DNA of 64,000 nt from the NCBI GenBank assembly GCA_028534125.1, contig CM052846.1, positions 1 to 64,000 on the forward strand. Direction: 5' to 3'. The translations under genes and the position numbers were made by a program. Shown piece after piece: positions 27,061 to 40,079 of the stretch (position 1 is the stretch's first letter; the number at the start of each line of letters is the position of its first letter). The stretch is from Lama glama (lineage: Eukaryota). The notes beneath the pieces were generated by a model. That model saw only the letters and a list, made by a program, of their open reading frames with translations, did no database searches and was not told the DNA's origin.

Positions 27061-30000
27061 TGCTGTCCAACCCAGGCTGCAGGGGAAATATCTGGAGCCT
27101 GCCTGAGAGCGAAAGTCCTCAGTTGAAAATGCAGTCCCTCTCAGTGTGTAGCAAGCAGACACCTGTCACAGCACACGGAGCAGCAATCTAAAATAAGGAT
27201 TCCTGGGTCCTCTCTCGAATGAGCAGATCAGCCTCTCCTGCGGTCCTGGGAGTCTGTCCTCACAGCCACCTCGGCGGCTCTCTGGCCCGAGAAGCTGAGG
27301 ACGGACTCAGTGACACATCATCTCTGAAAGCATCCCGTAGCCGTGGCTGCAGATACTTCTGCAGAATGGAAACAAGCCCACAAACCACCACAGCTTAAAA
27401 CTGCAGCTGCCCGTGCTCACAGGTCAGCAGGCCCAGCTCCAGGCTGCAGCAGCGGGAGCAGGGGTCCCCCCGCAGGGGGCCCAGGCTGCAGGGCGGCAGC
27501 GCATCTCGCTGCCAGGGCAAAGGTGGAAGGACGCGGCCCCCTGGGACCCCCCCCCGCAACATCCAACGTAAGTACCACAGGCCCAGAGTGAAGACTGGGC
27601 CACACACAAGCCCACACGAGGCTGTGGGCTCAGGGAGGGGGAGCCAGACCAAGGGGCCAGGCCATCCTTAGTTTCTCATTTCTCCATGCACAAAAGAGCC
27701 TCAATTCTCAGTGACCCTAAGTGGGTTCCCACTCCTGTCCCCTGGAACCACAGTAAGGACTGACCGCCTCATAAGGAGAAGCTGATGAGTCCGGCGGTGG
27801 TTCCTACGCTGTGTGGGGTGCTATGTTCCTTAGCTCACGCGGGCGTCCAGAAAGGTGGGCAGAGGTGGGCCAGATGGCCTCTCGTCCAACAGCTTCTGTC
27901 CTGGGGCTGGTCTGGGGGCTGCCTCTGCTTATTCACCTCCTCAGCCTGCCTCTCCCAGCACAGTGAGGGACAAGCCCCAAGTCCTCCCGCTGGAGAGAGT
28001 GTGTCCCAACTCCTCCGTGCCCAGCCCCCAGAGCCTCTCCTGTCGCAGCTGCTCCACATGCTGCGACCCACCCCTGCTCACGTGGGGCTGCAGACCCTGT
28101 GGGTCCCGGCTGGCCTGCAGGGAGTCCACAGCTCCCGCACGTCAGATAAAGGACTGGTCCTCAGCCCCGGGAAGGACAGGAAGTGATCGGAGGTGTCTCT
28201 GCCCCTGTACACCAGCCCTGCCAGGCCGGTGGATGGATCACGGCTGCACATCACCGAGCTTGCCTGCAGGCTTTCGGAGATGCTGGCCTCATGCCCCTGA
28301 AGGTGGGAGGGCAGCCTCTCTCGCAGAAGAGCCCTCGGCGTCTGGACTATGCCCATTTCCCTCCACCCTCCGAACCCAGACAGTGACTCTTCACCCACTT
28401 GCCTCCATGTGCATCCGGGATTCGGTCCTTTGCGTGCTCTGTGGACACGTGGACGTCAGGGCAGGTCTTGCCACCGCCTCGGGTGTGGTCTAAAGCCATT
28501 CCCTGTCCCACCACCCTCCACCCTGACGGTGGGACCCATCAGACCGGAGGTGCCAGAGCTCCTCCCGGGGGCAGTGGGAGGGCGTCAGTGTGCTCATCTC
28601 AGCCTCGGTTGGGGGCAAGGATGACCCGGCTCCTGGCGGGGGCTTCTCCTCAGTCTCACCCAGAACACCAGGAGCCTTTTCAGTCTCTAGACTCAAGGGT
28701 TCTGACAAACCAAGACAAATCTCCTGTATTGTTCCTTTATGTATCGTGCCTCCATCTGTCCTTTTTCTCCTGGAACCCTACCATCTACATGTGATGTCTC
28801 CGGAACCTGTCCTCTGAATATCTTATTTCTTTTCTCTTCGTAATCCCCCAGCACTTTATTTTCGCTCCACATTTGAGATATTTCTTCCACCTGCTCTCTG
28901 AAGCCACCGTTTTACTTCTCAGGAATTGCCACCTGTTCTTCACTTCGGCTCCTGGATTTGCCTACTCGGAACACGTGACTTTCAGCCCTAGAAGGTCCCC
29001 CGCTGGGCGCTCCAGGCTGGAGCTGGGCGTGGCTCCTGGTGTCCTGCTCCGGGCATTCTGCTGGGCCTCATCCTTACATGCTGCCCCATGCCTATCTCGT
29101 GGGCACTTCAAGCTGCTGGCGTCCCTTGAGCCCTGCGAACTCCTGTGAGCCCTGGGGGTGAGCTGTCGGCCCCACCACAGCTCCAGGAGGGAGGCTCTCC
29201 GCTTCCACCCCAGGCCAGGGGGCGGGCGAGCAGGCAGCCTTCCCTCAGCCACAGGGATGGGCAAGGGCTCAGGCCAGCCCGACCGCCCCCGGATCTGGGG
29301 AGACCCAAGACACCCGACAGCCACCTCAGGCCCTCCCTGAAATACCTAATATTCGTCTCAAACTTTATGCCAAAATAGAACTCTGAGTGTTTCCTGAGAA
29401 ATCCGACTCTCCCTGTGTTCCCCTGTTTCTCTGAGACACAGATGGAGGCACAGACTTAGTTCCTCAGTCTCCCTCACCTTGTGCAACCAGGACCCATAAG
29501 TCTAAGTTCTAATTACATCTCCACCACACATTCCTATCAAGGTATCTTTCTTACGTCTACAGTAATCAGATTTTCTTTATTGCCTGTACAGGCCTAGATT
29601 TTGACTTCCTGCTTCTGATTTTTTATTCAGGTGTTCTGTTCAAAACATGCAGTAAGCGCCTGCCAGGCCTGAGCTGGTTTGGAAAGTGATGGTGAGCACG
29701 TCATGGTCCCCACCCTCAGGACGCAACCTGTAAGCAGGTGGGGAAACACGTCAGCAAAGCGGTGCGGTGGGGGGAGTCCTGTGCACGGTGGGTGGTGCAG
29801 TGGGCAGAGTCCCACAGCGGGCAGAGTCCTGCACCAGCGGACCTGCAGGGCCCAGGAAGGACGGCTGTCCATTTTCTCCAACACTTCAGTATCCAGTCCT
29901 CTCTTCCCTCCACTGTCAGCACCTTCCCCCACTCAAGGTAGCCCGAAGGCCTCGCTCCTTCCGTGGGCACGTCCCTCCTCCCCGCATCCCTGCCTCCTTC

Positions 30001-30204
30001 CCTCACAAACACCTCTCCAGCCCCGTCCATCTCTCCCTAGCAGGACCCACTATATCCCACTGCCCTTAACCCCCTGCAGTGCCAGTGAGAGGCCCACACC
30101 TTCCCCTTCTCTCTGTCCCTTCTCTCATTCGCTCTTCTGACTTCCGGCACTTGAAGGAGGCAAAGCTAAAGAGGAAAATGCCAGCTCAGCCCAGCTCTTC
30201 CCAG

Positions 30205-30300
30205 CTCCACTGGCCTTGTGATTTCAGCAAATCTTTGGTCCTTCGTGGACCTCATTTCCCCCATTTACAAGATGAAAAAACATTAGGCAAGGTCACTTTT
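30205..30300 (-). mobile_element. MIR SINE fragment
   Basis: ggccttgtgatttcagcaaatc...cctcatttccccatttacaagatg. Confidence 0.65.
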
Positions 30301-30504
30301 GAAGGAGGTCTCCCCCAGGCTCGACAATGTACGAATTCATAAGCCTGTTTGCTGTGAGTTTATGGAATGTAGCAAGTTTGTCTTGGTGGAAGGAGATCAA
30401 GAGATGGACGTGCCGCTGCCTTCAAACCCCAACGTGGGCCCGGGAGCCCTCACCACGCAAAGAGAGCCTTGTGGGCCCAGGGCTTCAGCACCACCGTAGA
30501 ACCT

Positions 30505-30615
30505 TTTAGAAACGCAGGACCCAGGGCCTTCTGGATCAGCACCTCCACTTTAATCAGATTCTAATCAGAACCAGGAGATCCCTAAGTTAGAACTTTAAAG
30601 CTTGAGAGGCACTGT
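30505..30615 (+). mobile_element. MER5-like hAT-Charlie DNA transposon fragment
   Basis: ttagaaacgcag...tttaatcag...ctttaaagcttgagaggcactg resembles the MER5 3' terminus. Confidence 0.55.
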
Positions 30616-31577
30616 CCTCAGGAATATAGCCCGAAGAGTCAAAGGGAGGCAGTTTTCAGTTTCAATAGAAGGAACTTTCTAGTTTAGGATCAGACAGAGC
30701 TGGAACTGGGGAGACTTAAAGGCAAAGGGGCGCCTGGCTGTGGGTTAAAACAGAAATGGAAGAGGCTCCATCAGGCACTTGTGCAGGGATGGAGTGTCCT
30801 GCGGGGTTTGCGTGGCTGGCTGGTGGGTCCCCCGATTCCAAGGTGTAAGGTGCTTTCGTTCTACCCCTGCCCACTGCCCTGGCTTTGCCCAGGGCTTCAC
30901 TCAGCTGGCTCTGCAACACCTCTGTGAATACGGGTGACGGTGGAAGGGCAGAGTCGGGCAGCAGAGAGGGACCAGGCCGTCCCGATGGTACGTCACCCCA
31001 TCACACAGGGCCCTTTCCTGGGTAGGCTGTCGCAGGCCCACAAACCTTCTCCGTCTAGATTTCACACAGGCCCTTTCCTCTCCTTCCAGTCAAGGGCTGG
31101 AATTCTCAGTTTAGAAGCTAATTCTCGTTCAAATTAGTTCATCGCACAGGTAGAATTAGAAGCTGGGTGATGATTTGGAAAATACAATCGATTTAGCCCA
31201 ATCGTCCTTGCCTGCCAGCTCCCTCTGACAAAGAGGCATTCACTCCCAGGCCCAGTGCTGACAGGAACCGCTGTCCGTGGGAGTGATGTGGGTCTGATAG
31301 GACATGGGTGCCAAACGGGCCGAGGGCTGCCTTTACCCCAGGAGGGGCACCGGCCAAGGCCAGGGGGAGGCAGGGTGGGGGGGCTAGGGCCACTCTGCCT
31401 GGGGAAGAAGGCCCAGACAGAGCAGGACACTCACCTCTGAGAGGTCAGACTCAATACAGGGCCAGGTCAGCACAAGGCCCCCATCTGGGCCGCTGTCTCC
31501 TCACATACAACTGGGGAGAGGGGAGACCATATCCTGGGGTTTACTCAGGAACGAACAAGCCCACATAGTGAAACCTC

Positions 31578-31720
31578 ATTTATTCACTCACTCATTTTAA
31601 TAAACATTTACAGCATCTGACTTTCATTAGGCGTCTAGCACATACCAAACACTGTGCTGGGGGAGAGGACTGGTTTGATGAACAAGACACTGTCCGTTCT
31701 CCTGCAGAATTCATCTGAAA
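31578..31720 (-). mobile_element. L2 LINE 3' end
   Basis: tcatttattcactcactcatt...aaacattta...cactgtgctggg...gatgaacaagaca. Confidence 0.7.
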
Positions 31721-31737
31721 TTATACACGGACAGCGG

Positions 31738-31790
31738 AGATGGTGATGATGATGGTAGTGGTGGTGATGGTGGTGATGGTGGTGGAGGTG
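31738..31790. repeat. (GGT/GAT)n imperfect trinucleotide repeat
   Basis: tggtgatgatgatggtagtggtggtgatggtggtgatggtggtggaggtg. Confidence 0.85.
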
Positions 31791-34093
31791 ACAATGAGAC
31801 AGGCAGTCACCCCAGAAGAGGCCACAGCCCAGTGTCTGGTTTTAATGTGCAGTGAACGACTGTTTCTCCACCCCCACTGCTCATCCTGGCTATGAACTAA
31901 GAGAGATTAAAAAGCTTTTGTACAAAGCAAACAATATACATATTTTATGAAATACATTTCTCTGCCTGTTTAATTATGGGATCTTCAATAGAGGCAGAAA
32001 GATTCACTGCTCACTACCGAGATGAATGAATAGAGTTTCAGCCCCAGGAGGCCCTTCTGGCCACTGTGACGTCCTGGCTTTCGGCCTGCTGTGGGTCAGA
32101 GCAGGCAGGAGGTCAGCAGTCACAAGGTATGGCCTCCCTGGGCCTCTGTGGGTCCAGCTATAAAGCTAAAATGTCCACTTTCCCTCTGCTTAAGGTTTCT
32201 TAAGCCCAGTTTACCACAAACGAGTCAGCTGCAACTAACAGGATGATAGTGGTTCACCAGGGAATGAGGGGACAGGTCGTCAAGGAGGTCTGCCCCAGGA
32301 CCTCTGGTGGCCTCCCCAAGTCCTCTCACTGTCAGGACACCCCATCCTTCCCCTTAGCCCTTAATCTAGAACACGGGCATCCCAGTGCCCCTCAAAAGTG
32401 CTGGGAGTGTCAAAGGTGGTTTCAAGTTGGGGGTCTGTTGTGGCTTCCCATGTGACAGCCGTGCAGTCCTGCCAGGCGGTGTGCAATGACCACGGGTGGC
32501 CAGGTGGAGGGAGGGCTCTGGCACTGCCACATCCATAAGCAAATGCCACTTCACAAGGTGGTTTTCCAGCAACCTACTGGCCCACTTGGAGCTGAGTCAT
32601 GGAGCCCACATCCAGGTTCCAGCAGGTGGGCAGCAGCGTGCAGAGGGCGCTGGAATTTGACCTGGGGAGCCCTGCACCAGGGTCTCACCCTGCCTCCTCT
32701 GCAGCAAGAACACAGCACCTGGGTCACAGCAGCATCTTCACCCGACTCTTTAGCTGTCCCTCCTCCGTGTCAGACTGTGAGCTCACTGAGGGTAAGTAAA
32801 TGGGCTGCCCAGAAACCAGCTCGATAAACGTCATCTGAACAAGTGAACTTTTTTTAAAATAGAGAGAACAGAAAGAGGAGAACACATAGGACCACTGGTC
32901 CTTAATGACCTCTAATCCTGGGAGTTGGAGGACCTGAGATGCCCCTGGTCGGCAGAAACACCATCACTACTCTTCCACCCACTCACGGCAAACGTCTCCA
33001 GTGGCCCACGGCCTGTGTCCTGCTCCCCGCGTGGCTCAGACTTCACACCGTGTCCCCACACTCACAACCAGCCTGCTGATGCGTCCCCTTGGTGTCCCTC
33101 AGTCCCCTCACCTGGAACACAGGCCCTCCTGACCTTCTCCAATCCTCCCCCAAACATCTCGTTCTCCTCGAAGCCTCTCTGAGCAGTCACTTTAAGGACA
33201 ATCTTGTCCTCTTTAAGAAACACAGCTCTGGGGCCTGGAAACAGGGCTCTCTGTGGATGTGAGCCCAGCAGCCCCCATGACATGAGGCTCTCCTGCCTAG
33301 CCCAGGGGGCTTCCCGAGTCCTGATACTGCTGGCGTCCAGATGTCAGAACACATGTCGCGTGAGTGGCGCTGGCCTCGGTGCTGAAGCGCACACATGTAG
33401 ATGTGAGACTGTAAAACCTGCGTTACTGAAGATTTAAGATGTTTGCTCTGCCAAATGACGGATTGGAGACCATAAAGCCCCAGATGACCATCCGTTTGCA
33501 GAAAGCTGAGCTGGAGAATCAGGGCTGTCAGATGTGTGCTCTGACCCCGAGGGCCCCTCCAGTGGGCTCCCTAACTCCTGCCCTTCATCCATCGTGGGCT
33601 GTGTGAGGACAGGTCACCCACCGGCCTGCAGAGATCCAAGAGATCCTCAGACGGGGAAAGCCCTCAAGTGACACGCGCTTTCCCAGTTCCAGGCCCGGGT
33701 GCAGCCATCCCCACATCCTGGGGGTTCAGGACTGCCATCCCTGGGGTCTCACCGGACGGCCTGCTGCTGGGACGTGTCCAGCCCTTCCAGTGGCCTCGCC
33801 CCTCACTTCTTCCCAACCCTGAGGAAAAGCCTGGTCCTCGGTCCACACCTTTTCCACGCATCCGTTCACACTTCCCCTCCCTCGCTTCCCAGAAATCGTG
33901 ACAGATTTGGTGGCCTTAGCAGGGCCAGCCCCTTCTGCTTCCTGTGATTGATGAGGCTGTTGGGGAGCCCCCAGTGTGCATTCTCTCTCCTGGTCACCAT
34001 CACCACACCAGGACACTGCAGGGTGGGAAGGAGCATCGTGGCCCAGCAACTCTGAGCATCCCCTCCCCAGTGTCTGCCATTCTCTTGGCTCCC

Positions 34094-34152
34094 AGGGAAG
34101 GAAGGAAGGGAGGGAGGAGGGAGGGAGGAGGGAGGGAGGAGGAAGGGAGGAA
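34094..34152 (+). repeat. Pure purine (GGA/GGGA) tract
   Basis: 59 consecutive purines. Confidence 0.85.
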
Positions 34153-37100
34153 TTCACAGGCCTGGAGAATCCTGAGAGAGAGGAGAGAGATCTGCTTCTG
34201 ATACTCTGAGCACAACATTTCCCAAATCTGTTAACACAAAACTTCTCTTTCAAAATATGCCTGGTAAAAATTCACTACTCTAAGTCTGAAATTTACCGGC
34301 ACCTGTCCTAGTCTCCTCTTCCTCCTCTCCCACCCAAGCAGCACCCTAGGCGATGACAAAAAGGACTTGGAGGCTACAGGCCATGGCCATCCCCACTCCG
34401 CTCCTACTTTCTGCTGTCCGCAGCAGCCCCTGCCCCAGCTCGGTCTGCCCCCAGACAACCCACCCCTCTGCCAGCCTCTTCCCTTCGAAGAATCCGGGGG
34501 ATTCACATGGGAAGTGACGAAGCTGGAATGCAGGAGCCCTGGGCTGAGAGGACCACGGGACGGAAAGCAGGAGTTCTGTCTTTAGTCTCCCTGTTTTCAG
34601 CCCCTGGTCCAGCTCCCGGCAGGAGAGTGGATGAGTGAGTGAGTGAGTGAAATCAAAGCCCCATAAGGGAAGACTCAATCTCTTCCTCAGCTCTTCCAAA
34701 TCCCAGAAAGGTGCCGCCCTGGCCGTGGGGAGGCTGGGAGGAGAGTCAGCACCCCTCACATTGCTGACAGCCTCTCTCGGAGGACGTGAGTGCGAGGATG
34801 CTCCCACCCCCACCACCCTGCCCTGTCCCCCCACACCCCCACCAGCGCTTGCTGGATCTTGTCCCTCAGACACACTGAGCCCCTCCTACCTCCCAGCTTG
34901 GCCAGCTGCATCCCCTCACCCGGCTCTGGTCTCCAGCTCCTCCCGCAGCTGGCCTTCTACCTGCTGATCAGTGCTCAACGCTGACCTCTCAGAGGCTGCC
35001 CCTGATGCTCCTCTGTGAGGAGCCTCCCCAGGCTCTCCCCAGCTCTTCACCCCACCTGCCAGCTCCCATCCCACACATGCTTCGGCACCATGTTTATTCT
35101 GTTGCTCTGCGTGCCTCCCACCCAGCAGCACACGCGATTCTCACATGACGACAGCATGCGCCCTGGAGCTAGACTGCCCGCTCCAGACACCACCTTCGTC
35201 ACCTACGAACACGTGACCTTGGCTCGCTTGTCCAGATACTATGCCTCAGGTTCCTGACCTACAAAGCGGAATTTATAATGGAGCCTCTCATAAGCAGCAC
35301 CTCACAGCGATACCTTGTGTCATGAGCCCAGCTGAGGCACGTGGAGGCTGAGAGCACTGCTCCAGGGAAGGGCCTACTCCGAGTTTACCTTCCCAGTGGC
35401 TGTTAGGTACTGCATGTCACCACTGCCATGACCTGATGCCCAGAACAGTGCCTGGCGCACCCCACATGCTCAGAACGGGCATCAGGTGTCGGCTGGACAC
35501 CTGCAAGGGTGCACACATGACCAAGAGTCTCCAGATGAGTCGGAAGGGGCCTGGAGAACCACTGCTGGAGGTCCAGGGAGTGCCTGGGCACCAGGAGGGG
35601 CTGCAGGGAGAGGGCGGGGGGGCCGGAGCTGGGTCGTGGGGCCTGGGGGCCTGAGGGCCCGCCCTGAGACGGGCCCAGGCCTGGGTGGTGAGGGGTTCCG
35701 GAGGGACTAGAGGCAGCGGGCTCCGGGGGGCAGTTAGGTGGAGTGGGGGGTCGTGGGGCAACGTGGGTTGCTTTCTCTTCCCCAGGAGAACAGAGACTAG
35801 TCCCACGTTTGCCTCTGATAGATTCTCCTCCAAGTCACAAGACCCTCCCACTGCCTCTCAGGCCTCCCTCAGCTGCAGGGGAACAAAGCCAGACAAAAGT
35901 CCTCTCACCGAAGACGTCTGAAGCCACCGACAGTCCCTTCCTGTGGATGCAGAGATTTGATGCCGCCACAGGAGGGAGGGAGAGGAGAGGGCACTGGGAG
36001 TCCTGGTGACCAAAGGACCGTTTCCAGTTTGTTATGTGAAACGAGGACTTCAGGGTCCAGATTTCCGCCCAGAGGGGGAAGAGTTAAAGGCCTCCGCTCA
36101 TCTCTCTGGGCCAGGAGAAGTCTGCACACAGCCAGCCAGAGCCCCGCGGGCCGCTTGACGAGTGCCTGCCAGATGCTCCGGACTCCTCGGGGAGCTCCCC
36201 GCCTGCCCCAACCCAGATGTCCCCTCCCACCACCCTCCGAGAGCAGGGCGGTGCACCTGCCTGGACCCTCACACCCACATCCCAGAACCACTGCTGTAGG
36301 TCCAGGGGGTGCTCGATGGCTCCCTAGAAATGGGGGTCCCAACAATGAGACAGCTGAGGAGGGTGCTGGATTCCAGGTGGGCAGGGGGCACCCACTGCTT
36401 TCTGGCACCTCTCTGAGGGTGGGGGGGTGAGCCGAGAGGGAAGGGCTGTTGGAAAAGGAAGCATCCTTACAAATCAGGAGCAGAACAAAGCTCCTGCAGA
36501 GAGAGAGGCCAAGACAGAGGGAGCCCACAAGGGGAACAATTAACTGATAAGAGCAAGCTAATTGTTATTCATATTAAATTAGGGCACAGGTGATTTGGAG
36601 AAAACCCACAGACCCTTCCAGATGTCCTGCGAGTTCTGCACTGCAGATGATGGTTTTATGGAACTCTTCTGGGAGTTGGATTGCAGAAGCTGGGCCTGGA
36701 CCAGAGCGGGGCAGGGCTCCCGTCCTGCTTAACTACACAGTAAACACATAACAGCTTGTCCCAGAGGACAGACCCGGCTTTGCATACTAAACATTGCGGG
36801 GCTAGGCTCTGGGGGCCTCTGAGAGGGGGGCTCGCTCCTGGCAGCAGAGGAGTGAGGAAGGAAGAGCAGTCACTCAGGAGACCCAGGGCTGCTCCAGATG
36901 TTCCAAGCATGACTAAGTGAGGGGAGGCTGGAAATCCAGATGTGGAAAGCAGGGATTCCCACGGAACTGCAGAGGCCAACAGGAAGACAGGAAAAGCGTA
37001 GGAAGGCAGCAGTGCAGCCAACCACTGTGCGGGGACTCCTGTGTGTGTGCACACACGTCTGCCCGTGTGCAGGTGGGCGCACATGTGCACATGTGCCTTC

Positions 37101-40079
37101 GAGGTATAGGAGTGTGTAGTTGTGTGTGTCTGTGCATGTATCAGCCACTGTGTGCATATTTCCTGTCCCCAGAGCCGTCTGTGTATCTCTGTGCGTCCGT
37201 GCACTTGGGGTGATGCCAAAACTTCCCACTCAAACTAACAGCAGGCTGTTCTCTCTTCACTGAGGCTTATGCTAATTTTAATCCCACATTACTGTTCTTA
37301 TTTGGCTCTAAAAATTAATATTTAAAAATTCCATAAGCAGGGCCTGGGGCTAAATTACAAGATAGGTCCTCCTGGAAAGGGGTTTATTGTCACTGTTGTT
37401 CTTCCAAGAATGGTGAGGGTACAGCCAGTCACCCCACCTGTCCCATCTGCCTACCCTCCCGCTAGATGAAGGGCGAGCAGCCTGACACCTGCAGAGAGGG
37501 CCCTTGGTCACAGTGGTCAGGACCAGACAGGACTCAGAGCAGGCAGTCCAACCCCTGGATTGACTGCTTCTGAAGAGACTGGCAGCCAGAGTGTGTCACT
37601 CAGGCAGGGCCTCCACACGGCCTCCTCCCAGGGCCTTGTCCTGGGGGAGCTGATGGAGAGATGGGGTGGCTCTGTCATGCCTTCACACCCTCCTGGGTGT
37701 GTGGGTTCTGGTTGTTGTGGGTTTTGTCCAGCAAAAGTCCCACCGCGGAAGAACGAGATTACTCAAGACTTTATTAAGTCAAGAGAGTGAGAGGGAGCTA
37801 GAGACCAACTCTCCGAGCTCCTCCAAAGCTCTTGTATTTACTGAGAATAGTCAAACAAAAGAATCAGAGTGAAATACGTCATAGGAATAAAGGGCATGGT
37901 ACACCTGCAGGGATGCAGGCCAGCAGTTTCAGTTAGTGAAAAGCAGAAACATTATAATCTTAATTTATACTTAGAAGGTTACGATATTGATAGTACAAAT
38001 GATTATTTTAAACCTCAATCATGAGCAAGGTTACAGTGTTCCGAATAATTGATAATGAAAACCCAGACCACCACAGAGTCTCCATACTATGATCAGAAAT
38101 TGTCGAAGTACGCGAAGCAGCCCAGCTGTCCCCAGCTGAGGCCTAAGTCACGGTCTTCGGTGAGCAAGAGTGGCCCACACTATCCACCTGCGCCTGATGA
38201 GCGAAGCATGTCCTGCCGGTTAGGGCAGGGGACAAGCTACGGTTTTCCATAAGCACAAGTGGCCCTGAATCTATGACCTCGAACTAAGCAAAGCAAGCAG
38301 AGCATGTCTCTGCTTTCTATGGCGAGGAGACAGTTTGCAGCAGATTCTGCTAGCAAAGCAGCTTCAAGGCAACTAAGCTAAGTTCCCCAGATGAGGTGGT
38401 GACTGGTACTGAGAGTTTAGTGTTTTGTGCTCTCAGACATTTTGCTTTGAGGTAGCTGCATAATGACAAATATAGAAAGCACTGGTTTTGATTATACATT
38501 TCTTATGCTCTTACATAAAGATGAGAATACATAAAGGTGAGAATATGATTTGGTAAAAGCAATTTTTACAATATCAAAGTTAGATAAGCCAAGTTTGTGC
38601 TCCCACACAGGTGAGCCCCCTGGGGGCCTCCATCTCCCTGCTTGTAAAATGAGGTGAGGGACCTGGAGGGGCTCTGGGGGGTTTCTGGGGAGGGAGGCAG
38701 TTTGTACTCAAGCAAAGTGGTGGCCAGGCCCCTCTTCTGGGCTCATCTGGGCAGCCCTCCCCTCTCCAGTCAATGTGGAGGCAAGGAGAACTCGGAATCA
38801 GAAAGGTTCTCTCAGCAGAGTCTCAAGGAGCAAGGATTATCGAAACAGGGGAGGAAAAAGCAGGGCAGGACTTGCTGTAATTCCTGCCTCTTTAAGAGAA
38901 TGAGGACAGGATCCTGCACTGCAGCAGGACATACTCAGGTTAGATTTGGCAGAACTTCCTTGATGGCAAAGAAGGCTGTTAAACACAGGGACAAAAGAAG
39001 CGGTGAGAGGGAGGGACGTTGTCCTTACAAGCATAATTAGTTATATTTTCATGTGTTCCTGAGGTGGTGTGCATGGTGGGACCCCTTCCTCACCTCAAGG
39101 TCTTGAACAAAGTAGCTGATTCTGAAGCCCCTGGTCCCACCTGATCCACCCACCACACATACTCAGAAGGAGTAGGGCTGCATACTGAGCAGGGCAGAGA
39201 AGGTGATGGGAAATGGGTCCACAGTACATAGAAACACACTGCCTGGTGGTGCCACTTTGATCCAGCAACACAGACAGTGGGTCTAGAGTTGTCACCACGT
39301 GAGGGAAGGAGTCCTCAGACCTGATGGGAGAGTCTGAGCTACTAGAAGCACTGACATCCTCTGGTCCCGCTAAGGTCAGAACCCACCTACTGGAGCTGCC
39401 TTCTGGGGCTGTGAGGCGAACACAGGGTGGCCCTGACAACTGGTGTCTAGTAGGAGGACCAGCCAGGGATGCAAACCCTAAAAACATATGTTGGATAAGT
39501 CTCTGGCAACTTGATAAAAGAGCATTGGGAAGTGTCCCCATAGATGACTGCGTGTCACGGCTACATCTGCACCCCATACACACATGCACACACGTGTGCA
39601 CACCCAGGACTCACTGGTTGCACATTCTCCAGCCCACCCAGCACATGCAGGCAGGAAACATGCAGGGGCTTCTTTGCCCAAGGAGCCCTGGGAAATTCCT
39701 GGGCAGCCTGCCGGTCCCGCTGCTCCTCTCTGCTCCCTTTCCAGCCTCTCTCCAGCCCCCACGCTGCCTGCCGGTTTGCCTTTTCTTTGGAATGTCCAGT
39801 GCACTGGGGTGAGGGGGAGTGGGGATGTCGAGAAGGACACACAGCAGCTTGGCAGGCCTTCGGAAAGCAGCAGTGCTGACAGGTGCGGCCCCCCTATAGG
39901 CCGGAGCCTGAGACACCCATCTCCACCCAACAGGCACCCCGGTATCCCGGCAGGTACCAGTTGCCCCACCAGCCATCTCCCTCTCCGGGTTCTTGAAGCC
40001 AAGGGGGAGCGGCACCCTCCCCGCTCCTGGCTCTGCCTCTCGGTCCCAGAGAACCGCCCCCCAACTGCCCAGCCCGGAA

